Below are positions 14,201-26,089 of a stretch of 64,000 nt of DNA, one piece after another. Under the pieces are notes generated by a model, which was given only the letters and a program-made list of their open reading frames with translations, did no database searches and was not told the origin of the DNA. The DNA is from Blepharisma stoltei ATCC 30299 (taxonomy: Eukaryota; Protista; Ciliophora): the NCBI GenBank assembly GCA_965603825.1, contig CBFDEM010000013.1:877581-941580 (forward strand), in the 5' to 3' direction. Made by a program: the position numbers and the translations under genes. Each line of letters starts with the position of its first letter. The stretch's first letter is position 1.

Positions 14201-14252
14201 TAAGATAAGAGTTTGCCAGGCTGAATAAGAAGATAAACAGATATCGAACCAT
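8274..14252 (-). CDS. ~1992-aa Ser/Thr-rich secreted, probably GPI-anchored surface protein with repeated beta-sandwich-like modules
   Basis: 501-aa and 1439-aa ORFs are in frame across a single TGA (12747-12749); N-terminal signal peptide; recurring [IV]P.G..[IL].ITFP motif; hydrophobic C-terminal tail. Confidence 0.85.
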
Positions 14253-14698
14253 TTTATGTTTGTTAGACGATCAAATTTATTAAAAAATTCAGTTTTTTTT
14301 GTACTGCTGAAGAAGGGAGAGATAATAAAGACTGATTAAATTAGAAGAAATAAAATATTGAATTTGCGGAAGCTGCAAAACTTAGTTTTCAAGATTGAGA
14401 AGTTTGAATTTGGCTCCTGAAAAAGCCATATTATGAATTAAAAAAAACAACCCGACAGATTATTTGAAAAAGTATGATAGTGGATTACTGAAAATATAAT
14501 TAATGCGAAAATAGAATCTCTGAAATTTGTAGATTTTATAGTGAATTTATTTTGATAATTAATAAACTAAATTAATTTATTAATTAAATTATTGTAGTAA
14601 AAGCTTATTATATTTCAAAACCTTTTTGCTTTTGACAAGAATTTAATAGACAAATATAAATTTCTAATATATATTTCACTTAAACAATTTCTTATAAT

Positions 14699-15442
14699 AT
14701 GAATTTTTGGGAGCTGGAGATAGCCGATGAAATTCCCAGCATTTTAAAAAATCGTGAACTCCATGGGACCACTGACATCTATTATATAGGAATAGTTGGA
14801 TATCCAGGAATTGGCAAAGTAATTTCTAAATAGACAGTTTCAGCTGATTTTCTCAAAAAAGAAATCAACTCACGTCTAGAAAATCTTTATCCTTCTCCTT
14901 ATGTTTTCACAGAGTTTTGCAAGGTAATCCCAATGGATGGATTTCATCTCTACAAATACGAGCTTGACGATATGCCAAATCCTAAAGAAATGCATTTTCG
15001 AAGAGGGGCGCATTTTACATTTGACCCTCAAAATCTCTATTACAAACTTTCCCATTTAAAACTAGGAAACCACCCTATAAACTTCCCTTCATTTTCACAT
15101 ACACTTGACGATCCTCAAGAAGATACTATACAAGTTGATCCAAATATTGTGAAAGTTGTAATTATTGAAGGACTGTATTTATACTGTGAGCTGCCTATTT
15201 GAAAAGAAATAAGGGAAATTATTGATTATAAAATTTATATAGATGGGAATTTAGATGAGGCAATGGATAGAGTTGTGCAAAGAAATGCAAGATGTTTAAA
15301 TATGAGCCTTGAAGAAACGGCGTATAAGGTACAGCATAATGATAGGCTGAATGCAGGGGTTGTGGAAGAATCAAGGAGATATGCAGATAAAGTTTTTAGG
15401 TATCAGGAAAAACCAAGAGAAATTTTGAGGCTATATGAATAA
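14699..15442 (+). CDS. P-loop kinase of the uridine kinase/pantothenate kinase/PRK superfamily (Yfh7/YggC-like); 15-nt intron 14819-14833; TGA=Trp 15200-15202
   Basis: Walker A GYPGIGK/T split by intron GTAATTTCTAAATAG; PMDGFH, RRGAHFTFD, IIEGLYL..W, ND..NA motifs; TAA 15440-15442. Confidence 0.85.
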
Positions 15443-15540
15443 AATTAAAATATAATTTAATTATAGCTCAATAATATTATTGCTATTTTATAAGCTAATT
15501 ATTAAAGGTTTTAACTTTCATTTTTGAGTTTAATTTTAAT

Positions 15541-16305
15541 ATGGATCCATGGCAACTTAAACTTCTCTGTTTATCTAATCCTCCTCAATCCATTACAGTA
15601 GCACCACCTTCTCCACACTTCCCTTCTTCTGATAACCCTCCTTCTTCACTCCGAGTCCCAGAATATCTTATCGAGCAGACCATAATTTCCGAAAAAATTC
15701 AAGAATCCCAATACAATAAAATTGGAGGCTACAAACCTTTAGAATTCTTAGAAACAATTGATATTGCAGCCCCAAAAGCAAAAAAAACTCAGCCCAAGCC
15801 TTCAAATCCTCTCCCAGTCCAAAAATTCATTATTGACAATTCTGAGTACGAAAAGTCCTATGATGAGCTCCAAAGATTAAATTCTGAGCTAGCCCAACAA
15901 AAGGAAAATGCAGAATATAAAAAAAAGCTGGATTTATTAGAAAAAACTTTAAATAGAATTGAAAATGTATCAATAAGACTGAATGAAATTTCTGACAAAA
16001 AAACACAAGAGAGATTAAGTGAGCTGGCTTTTGAAAATGAGAAAAGTGACATCAAAGACATTTTGAAAAAAATGAATAAAGAGACTGATAAAGATGAGGA
16101 AAGCAGAATAGGGGAATTATTGGCAAAAAATAAAGCCATTTATAGCGAAGTTGATACATATTTAGATAGTAGGAAGAGCAAAGTTGTAAATAGGCCGAGC
16201 TGTATTCAAGTAAATCCAATGCGAGTAGCAAAAATAAGAAGGGTGTCTCAAGTCAAAGTTGTTAAATATCCTCCAATTTCGCGTTTTAAAAGCACAAATT
16301 TCTAA
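15541..16305 (+). CDS. Hypothetical coiled-coil protein (254 aa)
   Basis: ATG..TAA ORF, Pro-rich N-terminus, heptad-rich middle. Confidence 0.75.
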   Translation: MDPWQLKLLCLSNPPQSITVAPPSPHFPSSDNPPSSLRVPEYLIEQTIISEKIQESQYNKIGGYKPLEFLETIDIAAPKAKKTQPKPSNPLPVQKFIIDNSEYEKSYDELQRLNSELAQQKENAEYKKKLDLLEKTLNRIENVSIRLNEISDKKTQERLSELAFENEKSDIKDILKKMNKETDKDEESRIGELLAKNKAIYSEVDTYLDSRKSKVVNRPSCIQVNPMRVAKIRRVSQVKVVKYPPISRFKSTNF

Positions 16306-16437
16306 TTATAATGAAATATTAACGAAAACCTTAATGACTCATTAATTTTTTTTGCAAATTCAATCATTAGAGAAAATTTTTCTTACTGATGACAATAATG
16401 AAATAAAGATTTCAAGCTAAATAAACTTGAATATAAA

Positions 16438-17250
16438 ATGGAAGAAAGTAACCAACCCAATTCTTCTCAATACGACTCCAAAAAGCTCCTCTACAAATAC
16501 CAGTTCGCCTTTCTCCTCATGCAACGATCATTCAGCTCAATGGGCAAAATAATTTCTACTTGGGAAACCCGCCAGCTTTTCAAATCCATTTCAGTCTGGA
16601 AAATCCACTGTTTAGACTCCCCAAAGCTCGAAAAAGCCCAAATCCAAGCAATTCTTTCTACCATACAGTCTAAGCTTGACAACTTAAATTCAGTCCTATC
16701 CTCAAGGGTCAAGCAAAATATGCATGCAAATCTGCTTCGGATTTTGAAATGCGCAAAGCTGAAACACGTTCTTGATAAGGCTAAGCAAGAACAAGAAACA
16801 ATACAGGCAGGACATCAGCAAGAATTAGACGCAATGACCCAAGAACTCAGCAATCTTCAAGAGAAGCAAAAAGAACTGGAAAGTCTGGTGAAAGATTTCA
16901 AAACGAAAGAAAATCAATATAAAGACCAAATCAACGATTTAAAAGCAGGCAGAGTTCAAAATGCGGCAGCCATTGAAAGAAGTAGAAAGCTAGCCCAAGA
17001 AAAAGAAGAAGAACTGATGGAAAGAATTGAGGATTTAAGAGAAGAAAACGCACAATTAAGTGAAAAATTAGCTGCAGTCGAAAATAATGTGACTACATTT
17101 ATCCAAGAAATGGGAACATTATTGGAAGCCAGCGAAGAGTCTAATAAAAAGAGAGCTAGTGTAAGTAGTAGCCAAAAGCCTAAAAAGACTGGTAAAACTG
17201 GAAAAAGAAGCAGAGGGCCGACTATAACTTTGGATTTGGGTAAGTGATAA
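16438..17250 (+). CDS. Hypothetical coiled-coil protein (~270 aa)
   Basis: Long Q/E/K-rich ORF; ends TGA-TAA, so stop placed at TAA 17248-17250. Confidence 0.75.
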
Positions 17251-17351
17251 ACTAATAATATTTTATTATGTGAAGAAGTAGATTAATATTATTTTTCTCT
17301 GATTTCAGCTATTATTATTAGAATTCTAATAATTTTAGTTGACATAATAAA

Positions 17352-18602
17352 ATGCACAAGGATTTTTTGCTCATATTTACACTTTTAAGCTGACAAATAG
17401 TTCTGGGCAAGCTAGCAGAAAAATTTATTACGATTTCTCCTGAAAGCCAATGAGAATATATCAGTAAATTTACTTGTGATCCAGGTAAAGGATCCTGAGA
17501 ACTAAAAGCAAAAATCCATAGGCCTAGTGATCTCTCCAGTACACAATTTTTATCGCTAGAAACCTCTATTTACTTGGATACTAATTGGGACGAAACTTTA
17601 AGTTTCCCAGCTTGTAAAGACAAATTATCTTCAAGTAAAGGGATAAAAAACGTCAAAATTCCTCTCAATGGAGACTGATCTGAGCTCATTAAAGGAACTT
17701 TTTCTCAAACTTCCCCTCACGTTTGGTTCTTTGCCCTCTCAAATTGCAATGCAACAATCAATAATTCTCATGAAATCCGTGTAGAAATGCATTTTTTAAA
17801 TTCTGATAAATCAGAATTCTCAACAGAAGATAAAGACTTACTGCTACTATATATTGCAATTTTTATAGTTTTTGCATTAACTTTATCAAGAAATATTTAT
17901 CACCTTATTAAGGTTTTCAAGCAAACCAGTGAAATTACTCCAAATTTAATGATGCTAAACTCAGCAATTTTAATAGAGTTTTTTGGGTTGGTCTTTGAAG
18001 TTGCCCATTTGTTAGTTTATTATAGTAATGGAAAAGGGTGGATTATATTTGATTTCTTTTATCATTGCTTGTTTATAGTTTCAGGGCTAGTTGTGAGCTT
18101 TTTATTCTTGATAATGGCTGATGGCTGAAGCTTGAAATATAAAGATTTCCCAAATTTTGAAGAGCTGATACCGATTTTACTATTGCAGGTGCTGATAAAC
18201 ATCTTATTTGTAGGGTTCAGCAAAGTTATTGATGATTCCTACTACAAATTTAGCGATTTTGAAGGAATTCCAGGCGCTTTGATGCTTATTTTTAAAATCT
18301 GTATTTGGTGCTGGTTTATTTTTACCATAAAATCACAATTTAATTCTTTGCCCCCAAGAAAAGCCTCCTTTTTAATGAATTTTTCAGTTTTAGTATCTTT
18401 TTACCTATTAGGCCTGCCTCTGCTAGTATCCATTTCCTGGCAATTCAAAAACTACCTGCGAAACCGAATCGTAAAAATCGGCTACAATTTGATACAAATC
18501 CTGGTCTATTTTTTACTTACACATTTATTTAGTGACAAGAGCAATTACTATAAGATTTCTACTCTCTCAGAAAGTAGCCTGCCTGGAAAAAGAGCCTACT
18601 AA
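17352..18602 (+). CDS. GPR180/TMEM145-like multi-pass membrane protein (416 aa) with five in-frame TGA=Trp
   Basis: Signal peptide; W-EYISKF, PHVWFFALSNC, and MADG-W motifs typical of the family; multiple TM helices; single frame to TAA. Confidence 0.85.
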
Positions 18603-18636
18603 TGTGCTTTTATAAGCTTATTAATTTAAATTGAGC

Positions 18637-20667
18637 TTAAATTTCTTCATCAACAGTCACTTCTTGTAAAGCAGATTCTAGCTCTCCAGAAGCTTCAAAT
18701 CTTGATATATAATTTTTCGGTGCAAAAGGACAAGCAGCCGTAAATAAATCATGTTCTCTCCCCTGGACATAATCAAAAGCTTCAATCGGCAGCACAAACC
18801 ACCTTAATTCTTCTTTATCGTCTGGGATCACAAAAGCATCCTCAGCATAATTGCAGCCTTCATATCTTTTTTCTTTAATTTCTGCCAAAAATCCTCTAGC
18901 TATTTCTAAATACTGAGGTAAATTTTTTTCTTTTGTTAAATCCATTTTTTGGTAATGCATTTTTCCAGACTCATAAGAAATGTCACTGAGCCATTTGCGG
19001 ATTTTTTTCCTGCCTTCTTTGGTGAATTCTCTATGCATAAAAGCAGCACGGTCCATCATAAATTGATACTGAGGCAAAAACCATATAGCATTTTCTGCTA
19101 CAAATTCCAAGGCGTCTAAAATGTAATCAATTGTATCTTCGGTCGCAAAATAATTGAAATTTATCCTTACAAAGCCAGGCCGGAATAAGTCAAAACCATC
19201 TGCTAAGACTTCCTGAAAAGATTTGGCAAGCTCGTATTCGATATTTAATAAATTAAATGCATAAGGCCCAGCACAAGCGCAGCCACCTCTGCATTCAATT
19301 CCAAATAAATCGTTCAGCAGTGCAGCCATAAAGCTGTGGTGGAAAAATCTGTTCCCACATCTGATTAAAAACGAAAAAATTGGTAATCGATTGATTTCAC
19401 AATTCCCTAGCAGAGCAATATTAGGGTTTTGTGACAGCCTTGCCAATATTTTTTTAGCAATTTCAAATTCTCTTGCCTCAATGGTTTCTACACCTACAGC
19501 TTCTTTAAGCTGGAATACAAGGCCAGCTCTGATGGCTCCAATTATATCAGGAGTCCCTCCTTCTTCTCTTGCTTCTGGGTCTAATACATAAGTATGGTCT
19601 CTTTCTGTGACATAAAATACAGTCCCACCACCAGGCGAAACTGGGATATCATTTCCAAGTAAACGCTTTTTTACTACCAGCATCCCAGGGGTTCCTGGAC
19701 CTCCTGGGAATTTGTGAGGGGAAATAAAAATCGCGTCTAGAGGACTCATAGGCGGATTCATGTTAATTTTCACATATGGGGCTGCGGCTGCATAGTCAAA
19801 AAAGGCAAGGGCGTTGTACTTGTGGAGCAGGGTCGCAATGGCTTCTACATCACTCACGATCCCTGTCACATTAGAAGCTGCAGAAAAAGAGCCGAGCTTG
19901 CAAGGAAAAGCTTGATATTTAATAAGCTCATTTTCTAGAAATTCTAAGTCAATTTTCCCTTGTTTGCATTCAGGGATTTGTATTACTTCAGCCCCAGCCT
20001 CTCTCCATGGTAAAATATTCGAGTGGTGCTCAAACACAGAAATAAATACAATTGGCTTGGATGGGTCTGGAGGGATATGTTTTGCTCTTTTTGCCAAATT
20101 TCCCTGGTGTATTTCTGAAGAAGTATGTTCCAGAAAATTTCCCTGGGTTTTAAAGTACATTTCACATAGAGTGCACTCATAAATCCCAAGGTGATTTTCT
20201 TTGAAATAGCAATGTTTGTGGCCCCATTCAGTCTTTTTAAGGACTTCTACCAGTTTATTGATAGAAGATGTGGACCCGCTGCCACAGAAAATTACGACGT
20301 CTTCATCACTGGCGCCGACACATCGGGATATGATTGATCTGGCTTCACTTCGGAAAAAGGTGGTCTGAAGGCCTACCCAAGATGTGGAGGTATGGGTATT
20401 GGCGTAGTTTGGCATTATTACGTCTCTTATATAGTCCTCGATAAAGGTAAGAGGCCTTCCTGAGGCTGTGTAATCGGCATAAATTAGAGGACGCTGTCCG
20501 AAAGGTGTAGTAAACATATAGCGATCGCCTATTACAGAGTCGCAGATAGTGTTTAGAAGAGCTGTATTCATGGTAGGGTGGGAATTGGAGGTTTTTGATT
20601 CTTCTTGTGGCTGAGTTTCTGAGGATGTTTTGTGTTGAGGATTTATTTGATTTGGAGCCACAGACAT
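18637..20667 (-). CDS. Class-V PLP-dependent aminotransferase / cysteine-desulfurase-like protein with internal C2H2 zinc finger
   Basis: IYADYTASGR, EHHSN.LPW, SNVTG, DYAA, SPHKFPGG (PLP Lys), EEGGTP, RGGCACAGPY. Confidence 0.9.
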   Translation of the reverse strand: MSVAPNQINPQHKTSSETQPQEESKTSNSHPTMNTALLNTICDSVIGDRYMFTTPFGQRPLIYADYTASGRPLTFIEDYIRDVIMPNYANTHTSTSWVGLQTTFFRSEARSIISRCVGASDEDVVIFCGSGSTSSINKLVEVLKKTEWGHKHCYFKENHLGIYECTLCEMYFKTQGNFLEHTSSEIHQGNLAKRAKHIPPDPSKPIVFISVFEHHSNILPWREAGAEVIQIPECKQGKIDLEFLENELIKYQAFPCKLGSFSAASNVTGIVSDVEAIATLLHKYNALAFFDYAAAAPYVKINMNPPMSPLDAIFISPHKFPGGPGTPGMLVVKKRLLGNDIPVSPGGGTVFYVTERDHTYVLDPEAREEGGTPDIIGAIRAGLVFQLKEAVGVETIEAREFEIAKKILARLSQNPNIALLGNCEINRLPIFSFLIRCGNRFFHHSFMAALLNDLFGIECRGGCACAGPYAFNLLNIEYELAKSFQEVLADGFDLFRPGFVRINFNYFATEDTIDYILDALEFVAENAIWFLPQYQFMMDRAAFMHREFTKEGRKKIRKWLSDISYESGKMHYQKMDLTKEKNLPQYLEIARGFLAEIKEKRYEGCNYAEDAFVIPDDKEELRWFVLPIEAFDYVQGREHDLFTAACPFAPKNYISRFEASGELESALQEVTVDEEI

Positions 20668-22183
20668 TATTGTAATAAAATAAATTTGAATAATTTCATT
20701 GAAAGTGCAAGGGATTTTTATATAGCTCGCAATTAGGCTTATTTATTTTTATTTTCAATTAAGAGCTTGAAAAGGCTAATTCTAGTGTCAGAATTATTTA
20801 TTAAAATTTATTAAAATTATATTCTAGTAAAATTCCAAAGGATAGGAAATTTGAGGTTAAAGAATAAAGGAGAACGATTTTTAGTGCATTTAAATAATTG
20901 AATGCTTAAAATATATTTTAATTTTTTTAACCAAATATTCAGTAATAAAAACAGTAGCATATAAAGCCATTTTGAAAACATATTTATCAAGCTAGGGGTT
21001 TTCATTTTAATACAGAAATATATTAAAAAGACATTCACGAATTTATTTTTTTAGCGCAAGTCGGAGTAATTTTATTTTTGCAGCTTACTGTATTTGGCAG
21101 ACTTTTTTTATTGAGCCGTAAACCAGCTCTCCAGTTGGACTATGATTTTAGAGCTTGGAGGCTATATGCTCTTAAATATTATCCAATTAATCTTATAAAG
21201 TTTCTGAAATACCTCTCCCCTTCTTATGACTTTCGACAATTATGGCTTTGATGATCTGCTAAATATAGTCTTTTTAAATCTCAGAAGGAAATCTAAACTT
21301 GCTTTAAAGGTCAAAATTATTTCAAGATCCATCAACTCCCTGATGACGCCATCCTTAATTACGTAGCATTGATAGAATTAAAATCAATAACTTTAGGTCT
21401 TTTGAGATAGAAACAATAGTTTGAAAGGAAGCTAAGCTTATATGCATTGACCCCATGATTTTCATTGAGGCAATAATTTTTTCTGTCTTATAATTTTCTA
21501 AAAAATTATAAATCTCATAAACTAGTAAGTAAGATAGAGGATATCTCGCAAAAAATCTTGCCATATAATTCAGATTCAGATATTTCAGACATTGATTTTT
21601 AATTTAAGACAAAAATGATGACGTAAAATTTGCCTAAAATAAATGGCATAATTATAGTAAAATATCAATTGGATTGCAATATAATTTTCTTCTTTCCTAA
21701 TTATATTACAATTAAAATCATTGTTAAGCAAACATGCTATCCTAGCTAAGCAATAAATATTAAAATATTCAACTCACGAGCGTTAGATAAAAAATAAAAA
21801 ATTATCTTAATTAGTTAAAAAATAATTAAAATATGAGAAGTTTTTAATAAAACTATAATTATAAGAAAATCTAACCACAGATTCAGTATGAAATCACATC
21901 CATGATAACTTAGGAACAAAAGTATTATCGAATTCAAAATTGCGATTTTCTTGCACTATTTCAAAGCCATAAAAATTCGCTAAATTATTTTAAGGAGATC
22001 CCAAAATTAAGTATAAATTTAAGCATCCAAATCATTGTTTTAGAAAAATAGGCAAGCAGTGTAATCATAGTTAACAATATAAAATATTAAGCTAAACACT
22101 TTCAAGTTAAATGCTTGTTTCACCATTTTACCATATTCCCGACCTATATTTATTGCCATTAAATTTAAGGAAAGCTATTAAGC

Positions 22184-22543
22184 TTAAGGGAATCCAATAA
22201 CTGATTCGTGATAAGGAACCATGTTGCAAGACAGCTTATGGTAGACTAAGTTGTCTTGCTCGAAGTTATGATGTTCGACTTCAAATTCCCACCCCCACTT
22301 CATAACTCTCATGACTTGGTAGCCACATAAGAAAAATAAACCAAATAATCCAAGCCTAAAAAATGTAATGTGGCTAAATATCACCTTTTCACCATTTCTT
22401 TCAAAGGATCCGCATGGGCGGATCAGGTGTCTGTTGTTTGGAAGTTCATTTCTTGGGATCAGACCAGGAATTTCCAATGGAACACGTCGTCTAACAGCTT
22501 CTCTTTCCCAAGTCATAAGCTGAGTCCATGTAAATTTTGACAT
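22184..22543 (-). CDS. Small single-TM hypothetical protein (119 aa), possibly mitochondrial
   Basis: GC-richer ATG..TAA ORF in AT-rich flanks; one hydrophobic segment (FFRLGLFGLFFLCGY). Confidence 0.7.
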   Translation of the reverse strand: MSKFTWTQLMTWEREAVRRRVPLEIPGLIPRNELPNNRHLIRPCGSFERNGEKVIFSHITFFRLGLFGLFFLCGYQVMRVMKWGWEFEVEHHNFEQDNLVYHKLSCNMVPYHESVIGFP

Positions 22544-23312
22544 TTTCTAATATTACAGGGAATTTCACCATTTTCAAAAAACATACCTGTCGAGCTGTTT
22601 AAAAAGCCATTTTTTTGCCATTAAATATTTTATTCTTAAAATGAATCTCTCCACACAGCTTCTTTGTTACCTTTGAGTATCTTAAACTAATTCATTGAGA
22701 AGCATTTAGGTATTTTTATTTTTAAGCAGTTGAATCAAGTATAAAAAGCTGAAAAACCAGAATAATTTAAAAATTAAGATTATAATAAATAATTCTTATA
22801 GTGAAATCAAAACAAAAAAGTAAGGCTTTAATATATCAATATTTTAAGCATAAAATAATTTATAAAAGATAGCATCATTTGGTTTAATTAAAAGATGCTG
22901 GCTATTTTAGCTATTAGTAGATTATAAGTCGAAATACTTATACCGCAAGAAGTTTTTTTATTATTAGGTAATTGGTTTACCATAAATTTGTGATATAGCA
23001 TGCTAAAATAACGCAGGGCTAAAATAATCAAAGAACAAACTTTTAATTCAGCGAGTATGATAGAATTCACAAGAAAAATTCTTTAAAAATCATCCTTAAA
23101 AATTATAATAAATTGCATTTTTACCTTAGCATTATTTATATAATTTACTGATTTTAAAGAAAAATAAACCTCTGATTTTTAAGCTAAAATTTTTCAGTAT
23201 ACAATTATAGGGGCTTTAGCTTTTTCTACCATTAGAAGATTTGAAGTTGATTTTAGCTCAATTTTTCAGTAGCTATAACAAAACTATATGAAACCCTTAT
23301 TATCTAAATAAA

Positions 23313-23987
23313 CTAATTTATGATCTTATTAGTAAATTTGCTTGATGAGCGTCATACAGATGATAAAGTGCTCTCTGCTAAGGTCTTGAGATGTTTTAAT
23401 TGTTTATTTTTCAAATCAAACTGTATAAGTCTGTAATCATTAGTTATAAAGTAAAAGCTTTCTTCATATAGCAAAGAATCTAAAATATTAAAGAATTTTT
23501 TAATCCCTTTTTTCAGTTGAACATTGTTAATCTTAACTATATCTTCTTGATATTTTATTTTTGCAGCTTTTTCAGGAGACAAATTTAAGAGTGATTCAAT
23601 GAAGCTACTGCTGTTGAACTGATTGATTTTATCTAAGGTGGCACATAAATATATATATTCATTTAATCTTTTTTCTATAAATAAAATCTTTTCTAATGAT
23701 TTTTCAACTTTTTCTTCTATTTGCATTACTAGTATTGATGCTTCTTGGAGTAACGTTAGTCGATCTTGCTTTATTTTCTGCTTTAAGCCTTTTAAAAATT
23801 CAGAAATTATTTTTCTGGTTTGAGGATCAGGATTTTTCATGATTGGAGTGAAATGGTGGCTTCCAGGTGTTTCTCCATGCTCTCCAAGGTGGCTTTGGCA
23901 TAAAAACACAGATTTATTATCAGAACAATCACATAGATAAATTGGTTTGTTTGAGCAATTTATTGAGCAAGTAATCAACTCATCCAT
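23313..23987 (-). pseudogene. Family A copy A0: zinc module + coiled coil fused directly to last propeller blade (internal deletion)
   Basis: MDELITCSINC.. joins to SLLYEESFYFITNDYRLIQFDLKNKQLKHLKTL; family stop codon lost, frame runs on to TAG at 23313. Confidence 0.7.
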
Positions 23988-24808
23988 AATTGTATTCCTT
24001 CTACAAAAATTCCATAAATTTAAAGGAATTTGATAAGACACACTATTAAAATTCAATTTAAAAATATAATGATATCAGCTAGAAGCCTCATTTTAGAAAT
24101 TAATTCTATTTAGTCTTGGGTAATTTTTTTAAAATCTTTTATTCAATATTGGAAATAAATATATTGTGGAGCAAGGATTAGCTCAATTATTTATTAGTTT
24201 TTGGCACAATTTATTCATAGACTTATTTTTTGAGTAAAATATAAGATTCATGTCTGTATTAAATAAATAATTTATATCTTGAGGCAATGAATTAACAGAG
24301 AACAAATTAACAATATTTTGTAGTCTTTATTTTAAATAATCAAAACAAATTTATCTCTAATCTACTACCAAGACAGATCTTTGACTTGCCCAGCGTGTCT
24401 TATCTTGAAATTTTGCATTAGATAATAATAATTTTAAGCTGCACTGATTATTAATTTACCTAAACTTAATTTCAGCTTAAAATTTATAAAAATCTCGATG
24501 AATAATAAATTCAGCTGATATTGCTCAGTATACTGAAAATAATGTTCATAGGAAAAGCTTTTTCAGTGTCGCTGTAATCAGAAGACAAGAATGCTCTTCC
24601 AGACCTGAAAGAAATCAACTATTAGCATAAGTGCATAATACCTGCAAGCTCCATTCTTTTCTTTACTTGGCTTTATTTTAACATAAGATTTAATTCTAAA
24701 ATGCTAGAAGATGAATCCGCCAGCATTTACCTTATTTTTTCTATTTGTATCAAAATTAAATTCCTATTTAAGATTATGAATCTTTAATTTAAAAAAATTA
24801 AAGTTAAA

Positions 24809-26089
24809 TTATAAGGTCTTGAGATGTTTTAATTGTTTATTTTTCAAATCAAATTCAATGAGTCTGTAGTCACAAGTTATGAAGTAAAAGCTATCTTTAT
24901 ATAGCAATGAATAAGAATGGCGAGGATAACCTTCTCCAAATATGTTAGAAGTCCCAAATTGTGTTCATGTATTGATATCGTTTAAGCTACTTTCATAGCA
25001 GGATCTATTGTACTGAATTATATAAGCTTTGTTTTTGGTTGCTAAAATAGTCTTTCCTGTGCTAGTATTTAATGTAATTGGAACATTTGTATATGAATTA
25101 TTTGAAATATTGTGTCCGTATAGATATTGAGATTCATAACCTACAATTAATATCACACCATTAATAAAAGCACAAGAAATAAATCTGTTGCCTGATACTG
25201 GATACTGAGCAATTGCATTTCAATTGTTTGATACAAGCGAAAATTTAAAAGAAGCGTTTCCATACCCTCCAAACATGTAAACAAAATCATCAACTGCAAT
25301 AAGTCCAGAATAGTTACTGTACCGAGAAGAATCCAAAGGAATTATTAAGTTTTTTGGGGTTATAATAAAAGTTTCTGAATCGAAGCAACAAAACACAAAG
25401 CCATCATTTAGCAAGCAAGTTGGATCTCATCCTTTTCAGTTTTTATTTATGTTTTGAGAAATTGAGGTTTGCGACACAACATCAACGGCAAATAGAACTC
25501 TGTCTCTAAAATATTTTATGATTGGTTCTACTTTTATAGGCCCTAAGCCTTCAAAGTTGTCAATATCAAATAAAAGTTTTGCTTCTTTAACAGAAAATAG
25601 ACTTTCTATTTTTTCTTTTATACCAGAGTTGTTAATCATCATTATATCTTCTTGCAATTTTATTTTTACTGCATCTTCAGGAGATAATTTTAATGCTGAT
25701 TCAATGAAGCTCTTGCTGTTTAGATTATTGACTTCTTCCAAGGTATCGCATAAACGTATATACTCGTCTAATCTTTTTTCTATACTTAAAAGCTTTCTTA
25801 ATGATTTCTCAGTTGATTCCTTTACTTGTTTTATTAGCAAGGATGATTCTTGAATTATTTTTGACCGATCTTGCTTTACTTGAAGCTTTAAGTTTTTCAA
25901 AAATTTATAAATAGTGATTTTGGTTTGTAGGTCTGGATTTATCATGATTCGAGTGAAATGATGATTCCCAGCTGATTCTCCATGCGTTCCAAGATGATTA
26001 TAGCATATAAAGATTTTTTTATCTGCGCAATCGCATACATAAATTGGCTTATTTTGACAACCTATTGAACAAGTCACAAGCTCATCCAT
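24809..26089 (-). CDS. Family A copy A1: Cys/His zinc module - coiled coil - Kelch-like beta-propeller (426 aa)
   Basis: 1281-nt single frame with four TGA=Trp; VYMFGG, ILIVG blades. Confidence 0.85.

Noticed and set aside
21060-21564. Coding-looking minus-strand stretch
   Set aside because: Multiple TAA/TAG in all frames read; no recognisable family
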